A DNA stretch of 64,000 bases, from positions 2,970,921-3,034,920 of the forward strand of contig MU060807.1 in the NCBI GenBank assembly GCA_013265495.1. The letters are read 5' to 3'. The stretch comes from Vicugna vicugna (taxonomy: Eukaryota). Positions 30,901-42,300 of the stretch are shown here, piece by piece. The notes under the pieces are model-generated. The model searched no databases and was not told the DNA's origin. It saw nothing but the letters and a program-made list of their open reading frames with translations. How positions within the stretch are numbered: position 1 is the first letter of the stretch; each line of letters opens with the position of its first letter. The position numbers and the translations under genes were made by a program.

Positions 30901-32573
30901 ACGGCAGATGGGGAAGAGGCGTCTTTCTTTGACGAGGGTGGAAAACAATTGCCAGGGATAAGCTGTGAGAAGTGAAGACGTGTGACCACAGTGAGAAAGC
31001 TGATCGCGGCCACTTACGACACGAGATTCGCACAGGCTGGGGCTGCCATGGGCCAGAGGGGAGGGGCCGGCGGCGCCTCCAGACGCCGCTTGTTTTTGCG
31101 AATCCCGTGTCCCCCTCCCTGTTCCCTGAGGCCCCGGGAGACCTGGCGTCCTCGCTCTGTCCAAAGTCCAAAGACGGTGGGATGCAGGGGGGAGGCCGCA
31201 GAGGTTCCCCGGAGGGTTGAGCAAGGCACTGAAATCAAAAGAGGGCTGGGGAGGGGCCTGAGACCCCACCCCAGAGGGGCAGCTCCTGGTCAGGCTGCTC
31301 TGGGATCCAGGACAGGCAGGGTTAGGCCCAGGGCATGGGGTCACACCAGGGAGGGCCAGGAGGGGCCCCCAGGTCCTGAAGCAGGAGAAGGCACATTGAA
31401 AATGCAGAGTTCATTAGAGTCACCTGTTTCCCAGGAAGGCTGGCCCAGCAGGTACGTGCATGATTGTGAGGGGGAGGGGACCAGAGGAGCTGGTGAGGGG
31501 CCCTGGAACCTGACCCTCCTTCCACGGGAATGGTGGCCAGTGCCCCATCTCACCCCACAGCACCCAAGTGACGTGGAGTATGTGAATGCTGAGCACCCAC
31601 AGCCTGGCTTGAGAGGGAGCCAGTTAAGTGTTGGAGTGGGAGCAGGGACAGCAGGGACAGGGGGCAGGCCTGACCTCTCACGCAGTGGGAACCAGGGCCT
31701 ACAAGCTACTGTGGTGACAGATGGGGAGAGCTCCCGTCTAGTGGGCCTTATACGCTGCCCCCCCACACTGCAGGAGGCCCCAGGGACCCCAGTCAGAAGG
31801 GCAGAGGATCCCTTTCAGGGGTCACAAGCTCTGGGCTTTAATCCCCAGGCACGGGCTGCTGTGTCACCAACGGAAGGGCTGCTCCCGCCCGCTGCTCCAG
31901 AGACACCACAGCGCCCACAGCAGGGAACTCACAGCTCTGGCCTGGGGACCCTGGTACTGATTAGCACTTCCTGTCCTTGTCATCAGTGGCCAGGCACTCC
32001 CCCAGGAGAGGCACTTGGCACCCCCAGGCCTGGCGGGAAGGTGAGCCCTGTCACTCGCAGTCCTGGTGGGAGGAGGGGGAGGGCTGGGGTTGCCCTAATG
32101 TAGTAGATTTCCCAGACGAGGATGCGGGAGGAACTGGGAGGGGGCGGTGGCAGTGGGGGAACATGTGTCTGGTATAAATAGTGGCAGTGCCAGCACTGCA
32201 TCTCCACTGTGCAGGGGGAGGAGCCCGCCTGGGGTGGTGGGTGGGTGTGAAAGCAGAGGAATCGATTCCAGTAACCAGTCCGAGCAATAATCTGGGAGCA
32301 GCCGCGTGCCTGGGCTGTGGGACTCGGCTGGCCAGGGGGGCAGCCCCAAGTAGGAGGACCCGGAGGAAGGTGACCCCGGCAAGTGAGGCGAGGTGCAGAC
32401 TGTGGAGTCCTGGGTGGGGAGAAGAGCCCCAGCTGGGGGAGTGGAGGGTCCCTTCCAAGAACCTGGGCCTTGCCTGCCCCAGGAAGACCTGGGAGGCAAC
32501 TAGCTCTTGGCTTTGCCGGCAGGGAGGACGGAGTGGGACCCCTACCTCTCTCGTCACCAGACATGTCCTGCCA

Positions 32574-33334
32574 TCAGAGCTTGGTCTCGCTGAGGACGAT
32601 GTTGGCGGTGACAAATAAGAAGCAGGAGAAAGCCCAGAGCAGCACAAAGCCCACCCAGAAGGTGTGGCGGAAAGGGGACCCGTGCTTGTTGATGGTCCCG
32701 AAGCCAAAGGCCAGCTGTGTGTCCCTGCGGCAGAGGTACACCAGGAAGGCGGGGATGATGTACTGGATGCCTGTGCCCGCGTAGGCCCCGGTGATGCCCA
32801 CCAGCGACTCCAGGTCGTGGGTGCAGAAGGCCACCAGCACGGGGGGCAGCAAGGTGATGGTGGGGAACACCACACGGTCCACCACCCAGGGGTACGTGCC
32901 ACCCTCGCGGTGGAAGAGCGTCTTCCAGTTGTTGCGGANNNNNNNNNNNNNNNNNNNNNNNNNNNNNNNNNNNNNNNNNNNNNNNNNNNNNNNNNNNNNN
33001 NNNNNNNNNNNNNNNNNNNNNNNNNNNNNNNNNNNNNNNNNNNNNNNNNNNNNNNNNNNNNNNNNNNNNNCTCCTCGGAAGCAGAAGATGGCGGTGAAGG
33101 AGAGGAGGCCGTAGAAGGCCAGGATCAGCACATAGTCCAGGAAGACCAGGCGCGTGAGGTGGCGCTTGGAGGAGACAGGGGTGACGAGGGACGGCAGGGA
33201 GTGCTGGCACATGAAGGAGTAGACGCACACCCCGAACAGGTTCCGGACGCCGGAGAAGTCGGCCAGGGGCGGGTGCCCCTCCCCACGCCCGTGCCCGATG
33301 CGGACCAGGGCCAGCACAATCATGATGGCGAAAG
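32574..33334 (-). CDS. TMEM104: TMEM104 last coding exon (contains N gap 32939-33070)
   Basis: ttttccag|CT TTC GCC ATC ATG; SFMCQHSLPSL, DLESLVGITGAYAG motifs; frame preserved across the gap; TGA at 32576-32574. Confidence 0.94.
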
Positions 33335-36300
33335 CTGGAAAACAGGAGGGGAGTCAGCTGGCGGAGGAGGAAGCAGCCCTACCAGGGACGGTTTCTGGCC
33401 TGGGGGTGTCTGCCAAGGGACTGGAGCCCCAGGGAAAGAATGACTCAATATGTGTCACCCTGAGGGTCATCTTCTGGGTCACAGCAGTGGCTGCTGATCT
33501 CAGGGACATTTGGTTCACGCCCCCCCCGCCCCCGGCAGGTAAAGGAACATGTCTCTGGGGGTGGGGGATGGGGGTGGCAGGAGGGCAGCGCGGGGGCGAT
33601 CAGCAGAGCAGCTCAGGCCCCCGGCCAGGACCTGCCAGCTCCCTTGTCGGCCCCAGGGGCTCTCTCACGGGGCTTTGCCAACTTCCTGGCACCAGGTCTG
33701 GCGCAGGACTCTGGCCGCTCTCCCTCCTTTTAAAGGATGTGTGTGTGAGGAGCGGGCGTGGGGAGAGTGGAGAGATAAGAGGCACAGAGCACTTGGGAGG
33801 AGGTGTCCTCCTGGGCCAGGGCTGCTGCTGGAGACAGCTGAGGAGAGATGGGGAAGCATGCCAGCAGCCCTGAGTAGAGGCGGGCGCTCAGGGGCCCACA
33901 CCAGGCAGGGACGTTCCCATAGTCACTCGAGGTCACTCGAGGGAAGAAATGGCACCAAAGACCAATGCTGGAAGAGGGGAGCTGAATTCTCTGCGCTGCC
34001 CATGCCAACAGCACGTGGCTCCCTTCTCCTAGGCCTGCTGGCACAGGTAGGGGACAGGGAGTGACTCTGACCCGAGTTTGCTGCAGAAGTGGAAGGGGAC
34101 CTGTGATTCTATCTGTTCACACAGCGCTCCAGGCTGGCTGCGCCTCTGACAGCCACTCTCCTGCGGGTCCTGCATCCGGAGTTGGGCTCGCCAGCCGGTG
34201 CTCCAGAATGTAGACTCTCTGAAGCAGACGTACTTCTAGACCCGGTGGACTCTCTCCGGCTTCTCACATGTTACCCAGATTTCCCCGAACTACCACTGTT
34301 AGCACACCCAGGGACCACCAGTGTCTCTGTCTCCAGTTTTGGAGTCTGCAAAGCCCTGCTGTCTCTGTTCAGACCAGGCCTGACAGTCCTTCCAGCCTGG
34401 GCCCCCATCGTGCAGGGAAAGCCACGATGACACAAGGCACTTCTAGGGGAGCAACTCAGGCAAACAGTGGCCAGAAGAGGCTGGCTGCCGGCTCATCAGA
34501 GGCTCAGGGCTCCCCATTGTCCCCTTCAGGCCACATCATACCCCCAGCTCCCTGGAAGGAAAAGGCCTTTCTCCCAGGACTCACGGGAAGCCAAACCAAT
34601 GTCTTCCCACAATGACACTTGGGACTGCGCTCAACGGAAATGTCATTTATTACTTTTAATCAGAGCTGCCTGATACTGTCGGGTACAGGAGGGGAGGAGG
34701 AGAGCCGGGAAACAGGCCTGTGAAAACTGCCAGTAAAGATGATTTGTTTCTGAGGCTCTCAGCCCACTCCTGTCCCTGCTGCTCCTGACTCTGAGGGCAC
34801 CACGACTCTTGCCGCTGCAGGGACATCACAAATCCTGCCAGCTCCAGTCAGTCAAGGGGAAAGTGGCAACCCAGTTCCTTCCTTGAGCCCAGGAACTGCC
34901 TCTGGCTGAACTCTCTAAGGGTTGGGACAGGACACCCTGTGGGGCCTCCCTGTTCCCTCGGGGATGCCTAGGACCCCGGCAGTCTGGCTTGTCAGATTTC
35001 TGGGGGTGTGCAGGCCAGAGATCTGTATGGGAGAACCATACCCAGGAAGTGAGCTGGGGCAGGTGAGAGGGGGACCCAGGGAAAGGCTGGATGGGGTGGA
35101 GGTACAGTCCCTGTGTGCCAAGGAGTCTGTCCTGGGCCAGGAAGGGTTACAAAGCAGAGATGAGCGGGTCGGGCAGCTACAGCTGGGAGACAGGGCCCCT
35201 GGGGCCACCTGGTGATTAGGTATTCAAGAGGCTGCAGCTGACAGTTCTGCAACAGAGGTAGGCCACCAGCGTCAGGGCAGAGAGGACAGCTGCTGGAAGG
35301 CAAGAGACCAATCCTGCTGTGCCACCACTGTCTCAGGGGGTCACCTGGTGACCTGGCGCTATTCCTGGCCCAGGCCCAGGCCCAGGCCTGCACGGCCGTC
35401 TGGCTCGGCCTCGGGGCCATGGGTCTGGTGAGCGTGCGGGAGGCGGGGAGAAGCTGGCTGGCTGGATGTGAGGGCCTCCCCTCACTGCTCCCTCCAGCTG
35501 GGGTGCTGGCTAGTGCTTCGCTGTTCAGCTTCCTCCTCAGCCCTAAATCTCCAAGAGGCTGTAAGAAACGCAGGCAGAAAGTGGCTTGCTGACTTCAGGG
35601 CGAGCTGTCTGGACAGCCCTGACTGGTGGCTTTGCTTATTGTAAACAAACCAATTTAGGAAGCAAGTTTCCAAAGAGTTTTGACTGATTTTTTTTTTTAC
35701 AGCATGCATGGGCACCCCCTTAAGAATGTGCACCTACTAACAGGGGTCCTCCAGAGTTGCTGTCTTGGGAGCTGCATCATTACATCCACGATGGTGTGGG
35801 ACATTTTCCAGAACTTTCCGGATGCCTACAAAGCCATAGCTCTGGGTGGTAAGAAAACTCTCATAATTTTCCAGCTATAATTAGCTTTACCTGATAATGC
35901 TATTACCTAGATTTGTCACCCATTTTGTTCCCTTACTTGAACAAGTCTATCCGCCAGAACAACAGGTCTGTTTCCAAAAACCAGATCTACCCTCAAGGGC
36001 TGGATGTTTGCTCCTGTCTAGGAATTAAGATGCCAGAGGCTCTTGAGAGGTGATTCCAGGGGCATTAAAAAGTGGCCGCTTCGTGGGGTTGCAGCTCCCC
36101 AGGAAGCCCTAGGTAACCTCGGGACGAGACGGGGAAGTGGGAGGCGGGGTGATGTTTTCTGGAGTGGAGACACGGGGGCAATGATCCAGCCTGGTCTCCA
36201 GATTGGCAAGTGCAGTAAAAACCAGTGGTATCCACGCACTGCGTTGTGATGGAAGGACAGAGAGTGAAAGGAAGGAAGGAAGCAGGAGGGCCAGGTGCGG

Positions 36301-39300
36301 GCGGCTCTGACCTTGAGGGGTCCTGGCACTAGGGGCGTGAGGACTAACCTTCCCACTGCCACCTGGCCCTGCCCTTGTGACCACACTCCGTTGCTCTTGG
36401 CCCTTCCCTCCTCCAGTTACTGGAGGAGCAAAGTTCAACACCCATCTTCTAGATTGATCGCCCTGTCTCCAGGAGATAGCTGCTCCAAAAACTCATTAGG
36501 TCTGATAATAAATCAAGATGAGATGAGGATGACAGGATGTGAGCGACAGACACGGCCAGCAAGCACGATGGAGAGCAGGGCTCTGAGCGCACACAGGATG
36601 CCCAGGGTCTGGGCGCCGCCACTGACAGCTCATGCCACCTGGCCGGGGCCGTGTGGGAGGTGGGGATGGAGGCAGAGGAGGACACAGGGCGGGCTGGGCT
36701 TCTCTCTGACCCTCACACGCTGTGCTGAGAGAGCCCACATGATGGACGGTGGTTGCAGTCCCCATCCACCTGCACTGTGCACCAGCAGTCACGCTCCAAG
36801 GGGTGAAGAGATGCAGCGAGTTGCCAGGCAGGATGCTGCGGGGGTGAGGGAGGAGGTGAGGGCCTGATACAGGTCACACGAGGAGTGGCTGTCAGCCCCA
36901 GAAGGTGCAGCTGCAAGGTGACGAGGGGGGTCAGGAGACTTCTCTTTTAATATCTGCAGTAACAGCCCACGTGAAAACAACTGCCCTTGTTTTGGCAGCC
37001 GCACAGGGCTCACCGGGACAGTTCATTCATTCCACAAAGACGCACCCAGGGCTCTCACCTCACGGCTGTCTATGTGTCTGTCTGACCTCACAGCCCCTTT
37101 CCTTTGCAGAGAGGGGAGCCAGTGAGTCGACCCCCTTCTGAACTCCTGCCAAAGGGCAAAGGTGGTCCAGATTTTTAAGGAGATGAGAGTGAAAAAACAA
37201 ACAAGACCCCAAATCTGAATGACTTGCCTCTCCTGGTTCCCCACTTGGCTCTCCCAGGCCCTTCCCCTTGGGGCCTCATTGGCTAGATAAAGCTTTGAAC
37301 CGGCCCGGACCTCACAGGAGTCAGAGTTGACTCATTCTTGGGGCCAAATGGGGATAAGCAGGGGTCTAAGGTCAGGGCCCGGGGCTCTGAGGCTCACTTC
37401 TGCAGAGTCCAACCGGCAGCCCCAGTTTGCCTCTCTTGGGTCTGTGGGTCAGGGCAGAGATCAGAGTGGTCAGTAGCTAGCTGCATCCTCCGTGCACTGG
37501 AACCACCTCGGGTGGGCACCTGCGTGCTGGCCTGTGCTGGGAGTGGAGAGGGAAGAGCTCCTTCCGGGCCTCCAGGCAGCCGGCTGGCACTGCCTTGGCC
37601 CCGGGGCTGTGGCGAGGCTCTCCCTGGCGCTTGGAATGGTGGCGAGGCCCGTGCAGAGCTGTGAAAAGGGAATGTAAACTAGCTCCTTTATCATTTTCTC
37701 ACTGAGTACATGTTGAAAAGATATTTTTGATACGAAGTTGAATAAGCACACTATTAAAATTAAAGTTTTAAGACGTGCCTACACAAAACTGAAAATTCCC
37801 CAGTTGGCTCACATTGTATTTTGATTGGGCAACGTGGGTTTACAGCGACCACGCCTCTGGGGAGTGTGCATCTGTGAAGCATCTGACCTGCTGGGAATCT
37901 GAAACATTTCTGCCTCCTGCCCCCAACCTCAGCCCGGCTCCTAACTCTAATCCTGTCACCGGCCCTGATTTGCTCTGAGACACTGAAGACCTCGGGCCAA
38001 GGTGCGATACTGCACTCCTCCCTCCTGAAAAGCTAAAGGCAAAACAGGCTTTCAGTTCCCCTGGGCTGTGACCAACAGGGTGGCCTGCCCTGCAGCGGGG
38101 ATACTGGCTGGGCCTGTGGTCCTGGGTCATTAAGTCAGAAGGACATTTTGGTAAACACGTGAGCTCGAACAGTGCTTCTCTGGAACGCAGGAGGGCTGTG
38201 CCCAGTGGCCCGCGCCCCTGAGGCCCTAGCCCCAGTTGTCTCCTTTGCAGGCACCGGAAGGAATGCAGCTATCACAGAGGAGGGGGACGCTTCCCGCTAA
38301 GGCCACAGCCCTCATTCTTAATCCCCAAGGGCCCTGGAGTGCACAAATACGCAAAGCTGTGACCGAGAGCCCAGGGTAAAGCCTAGGACTCCTCCCAGCG
38401 GTGCCTCGGGGCATCCTCACAAGCCAGCCCCACATCAGGCAGGGCCTCAGCCAGCCGGCCTCCCAGAGAGCCGCGGCTTCAACTCCCTGCGCTCTGGGCC
38501 CTGCCCAGCCGCCCTGCGCTGTGGAGTGGGCCACCCCCAAACACCTTGCTGCTCCTCGAGCCCCGTAAGTGGCTCTGACTCCGACACGTGCGAGATGGAG
38601 ACCGTCCGTCAAGGTGGCTGACAGGAGGATGGCACTCTCTTCTCCAAGCAGGGGATCAAGATGCCAGGGCTGCGGACAACGACTGGCCAGAGTGTGCCCA
38701 TCCCCAGGTCAGGCCCCGGTGCTCCTCCTTTACTGCCACACAGCACTGGGAGGGGCTGGGGCACGGCTGTGTCTCTCAGGCTGGGTCATCTGAGCTTGGC
38801 TGGTGCCTCCCGAGATTCAGGGGGCTGGGAGGAGCTGAGAGGGGTAACATCAGCCTGACCTGAGAACCACTGAGGACTAAGCAGTTTCTCCACCCTAAAA
38901 GCAGGAGCAGGTGGCTGGGCAATCGTTCCTTAAAGAATAGGACCCGCTGTGAACAGAGAGCCGTTTGGCAGCTCACAAGAGCCGCAGGCCAGGGGTGTGA
39001 GTGGGAAGTCACCCCAGGAGGCTCTAACACCTTGGAAGGAGGAGGGCAGTGGGGGAGGGAGGCCACTGCTGCTTTTCTTCTGAACAAGCTTAAGTTCTCC
39101 AGTTACACTGGGTTCAACTGATTCTGCCACAGAGCTGTGTAATCCTGGGGTGGGGATGGGGTCCACTTAACTTGTCTGCACCTCTGTTTCGTCACCTTTA
39201 AAAGGGAGATGCTCATGGTCCCTGGGAGGATGGAATAAGATGGTACAATAAAGCACGTGGCCAGAGCCTGGCCCACAGCGATTGTCCAAAAACGTGTTAA

Positions 39301-42300
39301 GTCCCCTTTCTCACTGCAGAAACCTTATTTCCCATCCTGAAAACCATTCAAGTAGGAAAACTTGTCAATCCTGAGTTCTCACTTAATTCTCCTTTTGCTC
39401 CAAGGAGGACCCAACCCAGGTCAAGCTGCAGTCATGACCCCTCCCTGAGCATCTCTGGCTCAGGCACCAGCTAATCTTTTGGGCTCTGGTGGTTGGGAGG
39501 GGGTGTGAGGAGGACCAGGAACAGGCTGCTCATACCTGCTCTGTGAAGCAGAGCCACTTCCTCTTGCTCCACCTGAGGCCACACTGTCCCTATCACCCTG
39601 TCATCTGGGGAGACTCTGGGTGTGTGCTCTGTGTATGGGGTTAGGTGAGCCTGGAAAGTAATTCTGTTTGGGTTCTTTGGGGCTCACGTTGGTCCATCCT
39701 TCCTCAGTCATTGCCCTCCCACCTGAGCACAGGCTGTGGTTGGGGTAGGGGGTCCTTTCATGCCCTGAGAAGACAGGACACGCTGGGTCTCTGGCTGGAA
39801 GGGGTTCCCTCTGGGGAGAAGGGAAAGCTCACCATGCAGGTGTGTTCGGCTCCAGAAGCATCTTGGCCCTGGGTCACATTTCACGCCAGGCCAGGGAGAC
39901 ATTCTGTGATTGCTAGCCTTGCCTGCAATAACTCACAAAAAAGTCACCTGGGTTTCCACTGAAGAGAAGAATTTAAAGCCAATCTGACTACCTTCCCAAG
40001 CTGGATCAGCCCCTGGGGTTTCTGGAGGATGTCTAGCTCTGTAGGTGTCACTGTCATCAGGGAAGCAGAAGAGGAGGATGTTTAAATAATCAGCTTACAG
40101 GACCGTGGTTCTACTCCAGGACTCAGGGCAGAGCCGCCTGCCTTCCAAGTGTGTCAGGAGGAGCAGGTCGTTGATAAAGGGCAGGTATTTGAGTCTCGGA
40201 AGCAATCAAGCCTTAAGTACGAAATCAAGAGTTCTGGCCTTTTCATCCTACAACTTTCCACACCCTTGGAGCAAGCGGCCCCTGGGAGGGCAGGCTCTCT
40301 GCCCTTCACTCCTGAGCTGTCGGAGCAAGCTCAGTTCGTAATCGCCGGGAAGGCGGAGCCCAGGGGCCTGTGGCTGCTGGCGGACTAATCTTCCCAGAGG
40401 CTGGAAACATAAACCTTCACGCTGCCGCCTTTCCTGCGGGCCCTCAGCCCTTTCTCCTTGCTGTGGATTGAACTGTCTCCCTCTCTGATTTGTACGTGGA
40501 AGCCCTAACCCCAGTGTGACTGTATTTGGGGGCGGGGCCTTTAAAGAGGGATTACAGGTTAAGTGAGGTCATAAGGGCAGACCCGGATCTGATGGGACAG
40601 GTGTTCTTTTAAGGAGAGAAAGGGACACTGGAGCACGCTCCCTCTGCGCACGCAGAGGAAAAGCCGAGTGAGGACACGGTGGGAAGGTGGCCGTCTACCA
40701 GCCGGGAGGCCTCACCGGTAGGCGGCCCCGAGAGCACCCTGATCTTGGGCTTAGCCTAGCCCTCAGAGCCGGGAGAGTAAACTTCCACGGTTTAAGCCAC
40801 CCAGCTGGTGGTATTGCCACGGTGGCATGAGCCGACTGAGACAGCTGCTGAGCAGTGGCTGGACGCAGAGAGAAACCAGGGAGCAGAGAAAGCGGACAGG
40901 CAGTACAGGACAAGGACGCTGGGTCCCCGGGTCTGACCGTGCATTCCAGAGCTCCAGGGTGGCCCCAGGCCTTGTTAGCTCTGCGGACAGGTATGGAAGC
41001 CTGACGTGGCTGGGGCGGCCCCTGGCTTGTGTGAAGCCCAATTCTGTGTAACTGTCGTCAGACACCTCACCCCACTGACCATGAGCTGCCAGGGCCTCAT
41101 CCTCCCTTCCCTTGCTGGAGTCCAGGCCTGGCCTGCCAACCTCCTGGCGGGGCAGGAGTCCTCATCTGGTGGCCGGGTCAGCACACGTGTCAGGCACACG
41201 CAGAGCAGAGCTGCCGCCACAAGGCTGCTCGGAGGAGAGGTGCGGCCGAGACAGCAGTGGTGTCTGCTCGGGGCCAAGTAGAGCTCTCAGGTCAGGCCTG
41301 TGCTAATGACAGGGGTCATTTGGTGGCATGTGGCTGGCCCTTCAGCAAACTTTAATTAGGTGTCCAGTCTACCCTAAGAGCTCTAAGATAGAAACCCCTA
41401 GTTCCTTTCAACTGACCTCTGAGTCTGCGGAGAGAACGTGTAGAAAACCAAGAATATAATTAAGACCAAAATGAAACATACACAAAAAGGCTCTCCTGCA
41501 TTCCCTCCGTTGGCTGTGTGACAAGGGGTATTGAACGGCCCAGGAGAGCCCTGGATGGTGGCCAGAGTCAGGGTGGGCAGGGCAGCAGTGAAGGCTCAGG
41601 GAGCACAGAGCAGAGGCTGGCTGGAAGCTCAGAGGGGGCTGGTATGCTGCCCTCACTGTGGGAGGGGGTCCTTCCTGGCCCTCGCAGAAGCACCAGTTGA
41701 GTGAGGGGGCAGCAGTGAGTGGCTGGGAAGGAATTCAAACACCAAGCTGGCAGGACGAGCCAACAGGATGTGGGAAACAGATGGCCCAGGCGTAGAAGAC
41801 CCCTGGCTACTGGTGGTGACAGATCACAGCCGTCCCCCCAGGAGACACTCGGCTGAGATCAGTCACGGATCTGCGGGGGAGTCAGCCACGTTGCCACAAA
41901 TAATTCTGGGGACAGGTAAAACCAGAGCCCTTATGTTCCCAGGTGACGGTCTCCTCCTGGGGACCTTCTGCCACCCGGGCCACCACCACTGAGTCCCACC
42001 TCTCCCTGCTGGCTCGGTCTGGAAGGCAAATCTGGGGCACCTGCCAGGGGGAGGTGGGGGAGCAGGGCTGAGAAACTTCACGAGACTGGCTCAAGTTTAT
42101 CCACAAACGGTCGGGAGGATGGCGCCTGACCCACTTTGCGGGAGCACCGAGACAGTAATGACGGGTGTGGTGCTGCTCTGAATACACAATCAGAGGGAAG
42201 GCAGCCTGTGGGTCCCTGACAACCCAGACCAAGGAGGGCTGCCACGCGCCAGAGCTGCCTTTATTAGAAAGAATCGTCTTTTTTAATAACACCAAACGGG

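Noticed and set aside
30982-32103. 373-aa ORF on the plus strand
   Set aside because: GC-rich sequence antisense to the TMEM104 3' UTR, alternative start, low-complexity G/P/R composition, no recognisable domain
32051-33443. Alternative-frame and antisense ORFs around the TMEM104 last exon
   Set aside because: Shadow frames, artificially extended through the N gap
33917-33946. gtcactcgag tandem resembling a DR4 nuclear-receptor element
   Set aside because: Simple 10-nt duplication with only one good AGGTCA half-site
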